DNA of 64,000 bases from Laetmonice hystrix. Taxonomy: Eukaryota. The notes beneath the pieces were generated by a model, which saw only the letters and a list, made by a program, of their open reading frames with translations, had not been told where the DNA came from and did not search any database. Below are positions 26,136 through 38,679 of the stretch, in pieces; position 1 is the first letter of the stretch; each line of letters opens with the position of its first letter. The stretch is from the NCBI GenBank assembly GCA_965235115.1, contig OZ249444.1:6076001-6140000 (forward strand), written 5' to 3'. Both the position numbers and the translations under genes were made by a program.

Positions 26136-27379
26136 TTAATCTCCTAGACAGAACGTGCAGCAGTCCGCTGAATTCCCTGAGTGGCTCAGACAGAACGCTT
26201 CAGACAAAACACCTTGAATTTGTGAATCAGGCAGCTCAAAGATCTTGATCGAAACTTATCCACATGAAGGTCTATACTCCCAGCTATTGTAACCAAGCTT
26301 GAAGTTATCGACAGGTGCCGTCAATGTTCACCAGCTAGGTCTGTCTAGTTTGATATTGAAGGCAGTGAGTCAGCATCCAGATTCATCCAGTGGGATTTCG
26401 CAATCCTTTCACCGAAATCACCTGCATGTACCTGCACTGTTAAACTTTACAATGACACTACGGGGTGATAAAGTCGCAGGCGCTTGGCCTGGTGTACTGA
26501 TAAATACAGTTATCAGGAGTTAAAGAATGGTAACTGAAAATAATCGGTGAGGAAAAGAGTAAGGCTTGTTACGGCGAAACTGATCCAGAAAGATTACAGA
26601 ATTTAGACGTCTGGACTTTGGCTGTTGATGCCGAGGGCTCTTTCAGTCTTATTTATAGGCGCAGTTTCTTCAGTTCTGCATAGACAATGCGAAGGGGTTG
26701 GGTTTTTTTGCCCGGTTTTCTTGTTTTCTTGTTTCGTTCCTTTCCCAAGGCACACCGCTGCTGCATGCGTTGTCGTCGGAGAGTCCTGATTCCCAAATTA
26801 CGATTCATGCAAACATGATTGAATTAATGAGTGTGGCTTCCACCCGTGAAGTTGTTCATGTTTGTACTGTCATTAATTTGGTCGGCGCCGAAGTTGCACT
26901 AAGTTCGATCTGGAGGCTGGGGAGTGGGGAAGCCATTATAGTGATTCTAACAATGTGGCATGTGACGCATGTTATTTGGAGATGACTTCAGCATTGTTTG
27001 GTGCCTATTGTTGGGAGTGTTAGCGAATTACACCAACAGTGTGCAGTGCCTTATGAGGGGGTGTCACTCCCAACAGATACTAATATGCTGCCTGTCTTTG
27101 GGGGAATCGGTTATAGAACTGTATTTGAGACCCTTGACGATAGGTGGGGGACACTCTACGATAAATTAACCAGGTTTATAGACCGCAAAGCTTTCAGAAG
27201 CCAATAGAGATGTTCACCAAATTTAGAGGCACGACCCTGCCTTTGTGGGAGTTTGAAGGGGTCCTAGGAGGGGCGGGCAGTGGACCCCTGCCCCGCCCCG
27301 TCCCGCCCCACCCAAGGCAGCATGTAATGGCAGCCATCCTCCAAGTCCGACAGTGCAGTGTTTGGGAGAGTCAGGGGTA

Positions 27380-27860
27380 AGGGGACTATCGCGTCGAGCT
27401 GTCTGCACGCAGAGTGAGACATCGTTAGGTTGGAACATTGCCTTGCTGTTAGCCGCGTGTCACTGCAGCTGTAGATAGGACGTGTGGCGAGTTGGTCTAC
27501 CAGGGACAGATATACAGGCGACGCATACAGATGAGTGGGATCTATAGGAGGGTGTTGGCGGCGTGGATGACCAGACGCAAGGGGCGGGGGGGTCATCAGA
27601 AGTAGGGAGGGTGGCATTGACGTCATCCGTGGGGGCCGATGTCTGTAGGGCCCTTGTACCTCTGTCATGGAGTTTGTCGTGTTTACATTGATCACATGGG
27701 TCAGGTAATGGATGGGGTGCTAGAATCCTGGTTGTGCTCACTCTCATCTCATGAATTAACAATTAGAACGATTTTGTCATGATGTGAGCGAGGCGTGGAG
27801 TTTATTTGGAGGAGGTATGGGTGGGCGGTCGGTGATTGTAATTAAACAAGACATGCCGAC
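27380..27860 (-). mobile_element. Possible CR1-type APE endonuclease remnant
   Basis: Minus-strand YNHRPPTH (cf. YN..R.DHP), TDDVNA (cf. GDFNA) and IDPTHL..SLVDQLAT (cf. EPTH...S.IDL..T). Confidence 0.3.
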
Positions 27861-28029
27861 AGGACACCTGCGACTGTTGACAGAGTGAGTGATTGTAAAA
27901 AAAGGGGGGATTTGTTTACACATGAGTTAGGACAAGGAGAGAGAAAACTGACAATGGCTGACAAAATTGGTCATTGTTGGTAAAGGTCAGCAGAGAGGAG
28001 CAGTCTGGTGGACAGGTAAATGTGGCTAA

Positions 28030-28467
28030 CATGAGCTCGGTCTGCTGCACGTCTGCTGCACGTCTGCTGGCGTCTGTCAGACCATGAGCTCGGTCTGCTG
28101 CACGTCTGCTGGCGTCTGTCAGACCATGATCTCGGTTTGCTGCACTTTGATGGCGCCTGTCAGACCATGAGCTCGGTCTGCTGCACGTCTGCTGCACGTC
28201 TGCTGCACGTCTGCTGGCGTCTGTCAGACCATGAGCTCGGTTTGCTGCACGTCTGCTGGCGTCTGTCAGACCATGAGCTCGGTCTGCTGCACGTCTGCTG
28301 GCGTCTGTCAGACCATGAGCTCGGTCTGCTGCACGTCTGCTGCACGTCTGCTGGCATCTGTCAGACCATGAGCTCGGTCTGCTGCACGTCTGCTGCACGT
28401 CTGCTGGCGTCTGTCAGACCATGAGCTCGGTCTGCTGCACGTCTGCTGCACTGGTCTCTGTCAGACC
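28030..28467. repeat. Minisatellite, 42-bp unit built of ~11-bp GTCTG modules
   Basis: Unit CATGAGCTCG-GTCTGCTGCAC-GTCTGCTGGC-GTCTGTCAGAC, with 1-3 copies of the GTCTGCTGCAC module per unit. Confidence 0.96.
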
Positions 28468-28639
28468 TTGGGAAAGACAGGGGGAGGGGGGATTTCTGGT
28501 GGTCAATAGGAGATAGGGAAAGCTGGCCGTTTCTGGTTTCAAGTATAGGTTTGAACAGATGCCACAGAATAAGGAAGTCTTTGTCTGTTTTTTTTCTGTC
28601 AAGCATGCATGCTGGTGCTTTCTACTGCCAAGCATACAG

Positions 28640-29300
28640 ACTGGCTGTACTTGCTCTCAGGAATACACAGGCTTGCAGGTCCTGCTGTCAAATATACAGG
28701 CTGGCTGTTTCTGCTGTGCAGGAAACATGGGGTGGCTGCTTCTGTGGTCACGCATACATGACCTGCTTGCTATTTCTACTGTGTAGGATACACAGGCTTG
28801 CTGTTTCTGCTGTCAAATATACAGGCTGACTATTTCTGCTGTGTAGGATACACAGGCTTGCTGTTTCTGCTGTCAAATATACAGGCTGGCTATTTCTGCT
28901 GTGTAGGATACACAGGCTTGCTGTTTCTGCTGTCAAATATACAGGCTGACTATTTCTGCTGTGTAGGATACACAGGCTTGCTGTTTCTGCTGTCAAATAT
29001 ACAGGCTGGCTATTTCTGCTGTGTAGGATACACAGGCTTGTTGTTTCTGCTGTCAAATATACAGGTTGGCTATTTCTGCTGTGTAGGATACACAGGCTTG
29101 TTGTTTCTGCTGTCAAATATACAGGTTGGCTATTTCTGCTGTGTAGGATACACAGGCTTGTTGTTTCTGCTGTCAAATACGTGCTTGCTATTTCTGCTGT
29201 GTAGGAAACAAGGGATGGCTGCTTCTGCTATCAAGGCGGTTGTTTCCTCTGTCAATCATACAAGGGTCAGCAGGGGGTTATTTCTGCTGTCAAGGATGTA
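28640..29300. repeat. Minisatellite, 60-bp higher-order unit (31+29-bp halves) with decayed flanks
   Basis: CTGCTGTGTAGGATACACAGGCTTGCTGTTT + CTGCTGTCAAATATACAGGCTGACTATTT; well-conserved core about 28770-29205. Confidence 0.95.
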
Positions 29301-29932
29301 TCCGGGGTTATGTGTCCCGTGGTTAGAAGTACCTTTTGCAGAGTAGTATGAGAACAATAGAGTGATGTGGGTAAAAGTAAGGATGATATTATAATAGAGT
29401 AAAGATCCTCATCTTGGTGAATCAGTCGGGAGAAACGGGGCTCTATACCGTGCCCTCCCAACTTTATAGCCTATATATCACCCCACTCTGTGTTCTATCC
29501 GTTTTGGTATTCAGATCGTACAACCACTTGGAAGTGTTTTATACCAGGAGAATGGATTGAGTTAGTGTTCTATGGGAGACAACGACTTCTTGTTCTATAA
29601 CGTAATATATCAAAAGGCCCTGGTTATGTCTGAGTGTTTATCGTATGGAACAATAATCGTGTTTGAAAGCATTAGACCCGCAAGCTCCCGTGAGAGCGCG
29701 TGTTTTATTGTGCTGGTACTGTAGATTATGATATCCATGAGTTTGGAGTTAGCTGGCGGCTGTGATTTTGAGGGATACCTTCACCAGGCGCGGGCCGACC
29801 ACTGCACATATAGTACAGCGTCGTCTACTGGAAGCTGTTTCTTTTGTCCATGGATTGTTGGCTGACAGTTGAGTCAGTCCTTATTCAATCAAAATTGTGG
29901 TAGTCGCACTTTACATGGAAACAGTGGTAACC

Positions 29933-30220
29933 TTAAAGGCTGCCGCGGACGACGAACATTTGTGCGCGAACGTTTGTTCCCAAACAAAAATCCGCTTGTG
30001 TGCGATGACCAAAACCCCGAACGAACAATTGTTCATTGGTATTCAACATGTTTAATATTTCCGAACAAATGTTCGTCGTCTGCGGTAAACCACGCATTTC
30101 TGTTAAACATCAGCATGTCGAATACCAACGAACCATTGTTCGCGAACAATAATTGTCTGAGCGGATTTTTGTTCGGGAACAAATGTTCGCGAATATGTTC
30201 ATCGTGTGTGGATAGGAACT
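29933..30220. mobile_element. Inverted-repeat MITE with multiple GTTCGCGAAC/GAACA motifs (possibly PIF/Harbinger-type)
   Basis: ACGACGAACATTTGTGCGCGAACGTTTGTTCCCAAACAAAAATCCGCT (about 29949-29996) pairs with about 30160-30205. Confidence 0.65.
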
Positions 30221-30401
30221 TGAATAAAGAGTTTATTTCCAGTTTTGTTTGTGGCGGTTTTTTTTAGGTATAGATGCCGAGTTGAATGGACTAAGAAGAC
30301 CGCGTCCTTGGTATCAAAGTGTGTTCAATCACAGGAGCTGGTGGTGGGTTGTGGCCGACTCTGACAGCTGTGGGTCAGACATGAAAATCGTGTGTACTTA
30401 G

Positions 30402-30906
30402 GGGACCGCGACAGATTTATAACCAAGCCCGAGAAACGGTGCCCACACTATTCCCGGGTCGGGACAGGGACGACAGATCCATAGTCCAGCCTGAGAAACT
30501 GTGCCCACACTATTCCTGGGTCAGGACAGGGACCGCGACAGATCCATAACCCAGCCCGAGAAACGGTGCCCACACTATTCCCGGGTCGGGACAGGGACGA
30601 CAGATCCATAACCCAGCCCGAGAAACGGTGCCCACATTATTCCCGGGTCGAGACAGGGACCGCGACAGATCCATAACCCAGCCCGAGAAACGGTGCCCAC
30701 ACTATTCCCGGGTCAGGACAGGGATCGCGACAGATCCATAACCCAGCCCGAGAAACGGTGCCCACACTATTCCCGGGTCAGGACAGGGACCGCGACGGAT
30801 CCATAACCCACCCGAGAAACGGTGCCCACACTATTCCCGGGTCAGGACAGGGATCGCGACAGATCCATAACCCAGCCCAAGAAACGGTGCCCACATTATT
30901 CCCGGG
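30402..30906. repeat. Minisatellite, 62-65-bp unit (about 8 copies)
   Basis: Unit GGGACCGCGACAGATCCATAACCCAGCCCGAGAAACGGTGCCCACACTATTCCCGGGTCAGGACA. Confidence 0.96.
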
Positions 30907-31852
30907 ACAGAACGGGGAGCAGTGCGATTGAAGCTAGTACCCGTGGAGGATTGAGACGGCTCTAAACACGTTTATTTTCGCATGTCTTTATATATAGACC
31001 GTGCTATTTGGAATCATTTGTGAGATGTCAGTGTTAGGAAGCATAGAATTGCCAAAACCGCCGAGGCAAATTTACCTGAAGGGAAATTGTCAAGGTTTCT
31101 CGAAATCGTCAGTATCACTCTGTGAATTACGTGTACATCGTGAATTTCGTGGGTTGAACGGGTGACCCAGAGCCGGACTGGGAACTGAAGGATTCAGCCG
31201 ACTTCGATCAGGACTCGGGCCACAAGAGTCACGGAGTTGTGGGACCGGGTCGCCGTATACTTTGTATTGAACAACAGCGGTGAGCGTGATCCATCATATA
31301 ACGCACTGAGCATGTCGCTGGTCCTGACGGATACTGATGTGGTCTCATAGCTGTATGCTTCTATACCTCTGAACCTATTCGTGTCGTGTAGAATGGTCGT
31401 CGCTCGAAAATGCAATTGCCTTTAGATGAGGATTTAAAGGATATCAAAAAACGCCTTCAGCGTACAATTCAGGGCCCGGTTTGTCCAAACTTAAGCTTAA
31501 TCTTAATCCCTCTGATTTGCTGGCCTGCTGAGAAAGACAGTCAGTAGGTTATACCAGGCATTATGATATTGGGTTGGAGGGACAGGGTTGGTGTCCAGTG
31601 GGGGTCGGGTGGTAGGGTCAGTTGGGGTCATCCATCAGCTGGTATCGGTCTCACTGCTGACTGCCTGAACTCTTCCAGAGAATAACGACTTCCACGGTTA
31701 CTATTGCCACATGGATCTTCCCAAATCCATGGACAACATAATGGTTATTGTTTGATATGTCAGGTAAATGGTTCCAGGGTGTTATATAGTAGAATTAAAT
31801 GGCGGGATTATGCTGGATTCTGTGGATGTCCTGGTTTGAGAGAAAACAGCTG

Positions 31853-32452
31853 GTTATAGCTAGATATGAGAGGGCCTGTCTGGGGAAGGGAGGAAGTAAC
31901 ATGTTATAGCTAGATATGAGATGGCATGTCTGGGGAAGGGAGGAAGTAATGATGTTAAAGCTAGATATGAGAGGGCATGTCTGGGGAAGGAAGGAAGTAA
32001 CATGTTAAAGCTAGATATGAGAGGGCATGTCTGGGGAAGGGAGGAAGTAACATGTTATAGCTAGATATGAGAGGGCATGTCTGGGGAAGGGAGGAAGTAA
32101 CATGTTAAAGCTAGATATGAGAGGGCATGTCTGGGGAAGGGAGGAAGTAACGTGTTAAAGCTATATATGAGAGGGCATGTCTGGGGAAGGAAGGAAGTAA
32201 CATGTTAAAGCTATATATGAGAGGGCATGTCTGGGGAAGGAAGGAAGTAACATGTTAAAGCTAGATATGAGAGGGCCTGTCTGGGGAAGGGAGAAAGTAA
32301 CATGTTATAGCTAGATATGAGAGGGCATGTCTGGGGAAGGGAGGAAGTAACATGTTATAGGTAGATATGAGAGGGCCTGTCTGGGGGAGGGAGGAAGTAA
32401 CATGTTAAAGCTAGATATGAGAGGGCATGTCTGGGGAAGGGAGGAAGTAACG
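31853..32452. repeat. Purine-rich minisatellite, 50-bp unit x12
   Basis: Unit TTATAGCTAGATATGAGAGGGCATGTCTGGGGAAGGGAGGAAGTAACATG. Confidence 0.97.
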
Positions 32453-32749
32453 TAAGGCATGAATCTTGAATTGGGATTGAGAGCTGTTGGAAATGGAATT
32501 ACTCTAAGCCTTTTTTTAATTGCCTGTTTCTTAATTAGAAGTGCTCAAATTTAGTGTAACATGAAGAGTGTAGTCAAAAATAATTCGCCGTGTTTCTGAA
32601 TGTTTTCTGGCGGAGTGCGATGTGGGAGGTTTCTTGTCCATGGAGTCATGTGACTTACAGGAGGTTTGACGGAAAAATCAAATAAAAATATGACGCAAGT
32701 GTTTCCGTTAGTTTTAAAACGGGGGCAACAAGGAGGTCAAGACGAGTGA

Positions 32750-34150
32750 AGGCGAGCATTTTCACTGATGGAAACAACGAAGGGATGTCAGCTTGATTGA
32801 TGGAGTGGTAAAGCAGTTGCCAGTCTTGCCATTTTTACGATAGCCTAATCATGCCTGCAGAAGTTGTCGATATTAATCCTTGATGTAAGTAGGTAAGAGT
32901 TTCCCAAGCTCATGAACTATTGATGTCATCATTAGCAGAACATAATGTTCTCGAAAAGAATGTGTGCCAAGTCCTGAGAGCTTATTCAAACGCGAGAAGC
33001 CGTGCTTGTTTCCAGACACCAGTGGCTGTAGTACACGGTTGAGTAGATCTCTAACGTGTTAGCTTGCCGAGGATATGTTTTCAAAAGAACCTATTGGATT
33101 TGCTTATCCAGGAACATTTTCTTTGGCTGCAAAAGAAAACATGTCTTTATGCGCCTCGCTTTAGGGCACGGCGCGTTCAATATCCACCTGCACAGCGACC
33201 TCTGGTGGCTCATCCGGGGATCAATAAACGTCCCCAGCTCAAAGAGACGAAATGTCAACCAGTGCGACTTCAGTCCGATGTTTGAATCGTCCACCCTGGT
33301 TGCAAGGTTAAAATATTGCTACAAGGGGAGGAAATATTATCGGACAGTCGGCTTACTGAAAAACGAGGTGCGAAGTGGAGCAGTCATCGTGTTTTTTTAG
33401 TATGCCTCCGTGGAGGAAGGGTTGCCCATACATGTGTTTAAGGCATGATCGTATTCCTGGCATGAAGATGGCGGTAGTTGCCAACGGTGCGTAAAATGTA
33501 CTCTTGCACCCAAGAATGTTGGAAGTCAGGGCGTAATATACGTTGACCTCAGCTAAGCGTTTTACAGTACTCGGATAGCCGCCCTGTTCTGGCCGAGTTT
33601 AAGGCAATCCCTGAACCTGGAATTGTTGCATGCTTGTTGGTTTTGTCGGATCCTTACAAAGAAATGTTCTCAAAGTTGTGGAGTCGAGACACTAATTGTT
33701 TTTAAGTTCCTAGATTAAGAGTTGGTGGAGATCAATTATATATTCAAGAGAAAGTTACAAGATAAGATCTCTATTAAAGTCGACTGAGAGCGTGCTAGAT
33801 TTGAAGAGGAAACTTTCCGAATCCAGCTCTCTGGTGATCATTATTGATTACCAATCATCTTACATAATTGAATGAAGTTTTTGCTGATCAATCAATGTAT
33901 GATGATTTTATGTCGAGCAAACATCACACTTTGGCAGACATTTCTCGACGGAAATCAAGCCTTTAATCTTTATATTGGTAAATTAATGATTGCATCAGAT
34001 TTGATAAGAAGAAACTTCATAGAGAAAGGACCAAGGATGGTCAGGGATCAGAAAGAATTCAACAAGGATGGTATGTTTGTGAGGGCAGATGTTACCCTTT
34101 ACTTTCATGATCATGTGGATTACGGTAGCATGGTTCATTAATCTGGTCAT
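32750..34150 (-). mobile_element. Degenerate CR1/L2-like LINE RT relic
   Basis: Minus-strand DHQRAGF (cf. QHGFR), WVQEY (cf. WIKSY), FQ*ADC..IF (cf. LFADDT.IF), SHWL, KMFLDKQI (cf. KFLGV.ID) and *KHILGKL (cf. W..HI..L..KL), in order. Confidence 0.45.
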
Positions 34151-34383
34151 CATCTTCAAAGACCAGTAATAAGGTCTATTCTTGGCTTTAATCCTTAAGT
34201 ATACGTTTCTTTGTGTGATAGGTATTTTGGAGGTAGGATGGGAGGGGTGATTTCTTGGTAAGAGTAAAAAAAGAAAACCTGGGAAATTAAATTCAGGGTT
34301 CAGTTGTAAAGACTTAAGATTCTGCTTTTAAAATCTGAGACACCACGCTTCACGGTTGTTTGCAGAACAGCCAATCAGATGCG

Positions 34384-34641
34384 TTAAGCTGAAGCAAGCT
34401 CATAAGTTTTAAAGAACGGAGCGACATTGGGTCGAGGTGCTACCCTATGTGCCACTGTATGGCTGTACAGTGTTACAGTGTGTACCACACGGCCAGTGTT
34501 GGTACTGCATGGTGAGTGTGGGGAGATAGTATGGTTAACTCCCGCTGAGATGGGAATGGCGGGGAAGTTGGTAGAAGACGTAATATTGGATCCGTAGTAC
34601 GGCAGCGTCCCGCAAGGCAAGGATCTAGGCACTCCGACCAT
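34384..34641 (-). pseudogene. Possible decayed THAP-domain sequence
   Basis: Frameshifted C..GRC..T, NITS..FPA, CGTH and RPNVAPFF, recalling THAP C-x-C/FP/CxxH/AVPTIF motifs. Confidence 0.2.
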
Positions 34642-35524
34642 AGTGTATAGAAATACCTACCTCTGAACGGGTCGGGGGAAAAAACATTCTGTGTTACTTG
34701 GCTTGTTGAGAACATTTTCCCGTTCCATTGATTTGTGTTCAAACCAGGCGTGACGGAGCCCACCCCAGTGTTCGTCTGCTAATAGTGACGGAGCCCACCC
34801 CAGTGTTCGTGTGCTAATAGTGAATTGATTCAGAGTTTGAATAGTTGAAAGACGATTGACATATATTTATTAGTTATTCCAAGTTAAATGTTTCAACCAT
34901 AATGATGTTTATATTCCAGAGCTACTTTATAGATACGCAACAGTGTGTTTTGGATGACGATTTCCATTTTTGGGGCTAAATGTATTATGACTGACAGGCA
35001 GGATGGCGACCCCGGACCAAAGGGACAGAGAAATGCTCTGTGGGAGTCCTATCAGTTTTATCACTCTGTAAAATCCTTTCCCAAACTGCGGAATCCCGCA
35101 GTACGCCCCGGAACATCGTCATATTCACAACCTTTGGTTTGATATCCATTGTATGTCTCGTACGTCTTTACCAAGGAAAGACTCGGAAATAAACGTGTTA
35201 GGCACTGAGATAAAATTGGACCCCATTTTGCGAGCACAGAGATCGAAATCCTATATTCTTCAGAGGGTTTTCTTGGTGTCGTTGGTTTGAGTCGAGCGTG
35301 ATGAGGGAGGCAGATCCCTTACAATCGGCGCTTTAGTTGAAAGATACGGGCTCGTCTATCTATTGACTAATACTAAGGGGAGGGTGGTACTGGAAGGCGG
35401 CTGTACCCCCGGGCAGGAATCTAACGCCGACTTAGGAGAACATCTTACGGAGTTGTTTCCAGTACCACAGGCCTTTAGTTTGCCTGGCCTGTAATCGTCT
35501 AGATAATGTGGTTTTTGTGTGCAG

Positions 35525-35544
35525 GGCGCAGGCGCGGCAGAATG
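35525..35544 (+). other. Candidate 20-nt exon ending in ATG
   Basis: Acceptor GTGGTTTTTGTGTGCAG and donor ATG|GTGAGA. Confidence 0.25.
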
Positions 35545-35816
35545 GTGAGAAATACCCGGTCAGTGTTTTCGTTCGTCTCCGATGGTTCCGGTATCGATGG
35601 TTCATGTCGGCAGAATGAGACAGCACTGGATGGGATTCTGGGACTGGTCACTGGACCGCAGATAACGGCGGTCCCAGTCGGTCCGGCAGGGAGACAAACC
35701 TAACTCGTTCTTCACAGGATATTGCGCAGGGCGAGTTGTCCTGTCTGTCGATGTAAGGGTTAGATCCTAGACGGGCAGAAGCTCTGAAGAGCGGTATTTT
35801 TCATTTCCTCTTGTAG

Positions 35817-35849
35817 ACAGAGATGGAAGTTTCGTGTGTGGCTCTACAT
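35817..35849 (+). CDS. Candidate 33-nt symmetric exon (phase 0 TEMEVSCVALH)
   Basis: Strong acceptor TATTTTTCATTTCCTCTTGTAG and moderate donor CAT|GTGAGG. Confidence 0.3.
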
Positions 35850-36720
35850 GTGAGGACAAAAGCGGCTGCTATCAGTTTTAGATTGGGGTTGACGGCCTTT
35901 TAACGCAGCCACATTGATGGTTTTGGTGAACATAGAAGGGGGTGTTGTTTGGGGAAAAATGCGACGGTGTTTTATTTCTCGATGTTCTATGACATGCAAG
36001 AGGCCATTTCCTGGACCCGATCAGTTCTTTCTAATAGAAACTGTACGATACGTGGTGAATGTAGCGGTCAGTAGAGCTGGTCGTATACCGTGGACGTGGG
36101 GAAATGTCGGACCATAGCCCCGAGTATTTTAACCCCTTGTACTCTACTGCCGTGCAATGACAAAAGGAAGCAAGTCCAACTTTCATCAAAATCGACTTAA
36201 GTGTAAATTTGGATTTAGGGAAGTAAGTCCTATCTATCAATGGGTGTATTTCTGCTAAACATCCTTCTATGAAGCTATCAGTCACATGACAGAAGGAAGC
36301 ATGTCCATCCAACTGCACTGTAGAGACAACTTGTTTATGTCCATTTCTCGAAACTTGAACTTTTGGACTTGCTTCCTTTTGTCATTTCACGGCAGTCTAC
36401 CTCTCAGTCCCATGGATTGTGTACTGTAGCATATGGGTGTACACGGCGGGAGTGGACAGTAAGCAGGGGTTCAGGCCTAGGTTTCAGAAAGGCTTTAAGC
36501 AGAAAGCTTTAGGCTAAGCAGGGCTACGGTGGCCCACGAGGACACAGGCACTGGAATTTTCAACATTGTTTTTCATGGATATTTTTACGGCAGTGGAAAT
36601 ATCACCGTAGTAAAAATGTTACCACGGTTCAATTATTATCCCTGAAAATATCGATGAAAATTAATCTAGAAAGTTTAAAAAACACTTAAGGCCTATGGGC
36701 TGCCGTAGCTCTGCTTATCT

Positions 36721-37992
36721 AAAGCCCCAGTCCCACCAAAGCCGAATTAGCTACGACGTGTCACGATCTGATAAATCGTGTAGAATCGGGAAACGTCCTA
36801 ACTCGGTCGTAGAGTAGTCTTGATAGATCCTCATAGGTCGCGACAATTGTGAACTGTTCAAGATCGGGGCTATACCGTAGGTCAAACGTTGCTCAGTCGG
36901 GAATCATAGTCGGGGAATAATCGGGATAGTTCGTTGTTCAGTCCTGGTTTATCGTAGGAAAATTGCCAAAAAAAGTCCCACCAAAGCCGATTGTACTACG
37001 TTCCATGCCGTTCTATCAAGATCTAAAATTTATTTTAAGTCGTGATGAATCGTGATGAAATAATGACAACCCGAAGACCTAGCTACGAATTGCCACGTTC
37101 AACGGCGACTGGGCAACGGTTTTCCAAAGATCTCTCAACGATCACGATGCGTGCTATCATGTTCTATCTCGACATCCCCCCGACCTTCCCGACCGAGAAA
37201 CGTTCTCTGCCGACCTATGCAGATTGAGCTACGTCCTATCAAGAACCCGACCCGATGTTTGACCAACGATGTAGCAACGTTCTATGCCGTCTGAGCCCCA
37301 GCCGAGCTACGACCTGTCCCGATGACGTCAGGGCTAGATCTAGGAAATGTCTGGCGATTGTCCTACGATCAACCAGGACTGAACAACGAACTATCCCGAT
37401 TGTCCCCCGACTATTCCCGACTGAGCAACGTTTGACCTACGGTATATCCCCGATTTGAGCTTTTTCCCGACCAGTGCCGATTGTTTTGAACAGTTTAAAA
37501 TTGTCGGGGTGCAATCGTGGCCTATCCCGACCTATGGGGATCTATCAAGACTACTGTACGACCGAGTTAGGACCTTTCCCGATTCTACACGATTTATCAG
37601 ATCGTGACACGTCGTAGCTAATTCGGCTTTGGTGGGACTGGGGCTTTAGCCCTGATCTAGACCAGATGTCATCGGGACAGGTCGTAGCTCGGCTGGGGCA
37701 CGGCATAGAACGTTGCTACATCGTTTGTCAATCTTGGTATAGGTCGCCATACATCGGGCCGGGATCTTAAGAGGTCGAAGCTCAATCTGCATAGGTCGGC
37801 AGTGAACGTTGCTTTAGTCGTTGCGCTGTCGGGAAGGTCGGGCCGATGTCGGGATAGAACATGATAGATTCGTAGCTAGGTCTTCGGGTTTTCATGATTT
37901 CATCACGATTCATCACGACGTAAACTAAATCTCAGATCTTGATAGAACGGCATAGAACGTCGTACAATCGGCTTTGGTGGGACTGGGGCTTT
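36721..37992. mobile_element. Non-autonomous DNA transposon, TIR AAGCCCCAGTCCCACCAAAGCCGA (PIF/Harbinger-like, TA/TWA target)
   Basis: Matching TIRs at 36721 and 37992; absent from duplicate copy B; interior rich in CCGAT/TCGG motifs; no ORF of note. Confidence 0.85.
36974..37647 (-). mobile_element. Second copy of the same element inserted inverted inside the first
   Basis: 36974-37647 is the reverse complement of (outer left part + outer right part). One TIR is intact at 37647; the other is truncated at about 36974. Confidence 0.75.
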
Positions 37993-38237
37993 AGCTACAG
38001 CTTGCTGCTTAGAGCCTTGCTAAAACCGGGGCCTCATGGAGGACGTCTTGAGTGGTGTAGTTAGCGGGAGGCGACCTAAGACATTTACGGAACATTATAT
38101 GGAGTGTAGTGGTGTGGAACATGTCCTAAATCATCGGCAAGTAGGGGAAGGTATTGAAACGGCGAGAGAACTGGTGGATGGATATGGGAGTGGTGGATAT
38201 AGGAATCAGTGAGTCGTAGACCCTCCCATAGACTGAG

Positions 38238-38679
38238 CAGTGGCTCCCCTAGCGTAAAATAGAAGGGCGTCCCGCCCTGCCGTCACTAGCCCCCGCCCTG
38301 CCCTTTTGAACAGTGCCCTGCCTCTGTCAACAGCGCCCCTCTGCCCTCCCCGCCATCAAAGACTAATGACTTCCAGGAATTGTCCCAGCTGGCATTACAT
38401 AACACAGTCACAGAGCGACAGAACATAAGAGAAAGACGTCAGGAAGTACACAAGAACCTAGCCAGCGAAAGTAAGATTGAGTTATTAAAAAGTTTGAATA
38501 AATATTGAAGTTAGGTTTCTTGTTTTCAATTTTTTTTCATTCAAAGGCCTGCCCCCTTCCCCGGTAACCTTAACGCCTTCGATGCTCGTACTTGTGCCTT
38601 TGCCACTTGCCTCCACGCAAAATATGACCCATCCTTGACATATGTTACCCTGCCCTTTTGAAATCCTGGGGAGGCACTG
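38238..38679. mobile_element. 442-bp hAT-like MITE (copy A)
   Basis: Ends CAGTGGCTCCCC / GGGGAGGCACTG, subterminal GCCCTGCCC repeats, and an imperfect flanking repeat TAGACTGAG/TAGAGGGAG. Confidence 0.5.

Larger units (their letters stand above)
36472..38035. mobile_element. Host palindromic MITE (CAGGCC..GGTTTCAG ends) interrupted by a 1.27-kb insertion
   Basis: Left arm CAGGCCTAGGTTTCAGAAAGGCTTTAAGCAG...GCTACGGTGGCCCA (from 36472) pairs with TGGGCTGCCGTAGC...[insert]...CTTAGAGCCTTGCTAAAACCGGGGCCT. Confidence 0.7.

Noticed and set aside
26714-26985. Pyrimidine tract + AAG at 26749 as an exon
   Set aside because: No convincing donor and no recognisable peptide.
34447-34511. MCHCMAVQC... with a GTGAGT donor as a palmitoylated N-terminus
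   Set aside because: The donor is phase 2, incompatible with the phase-0 KYRY exon, and it overlaps a possible THAP relic on the other strand.
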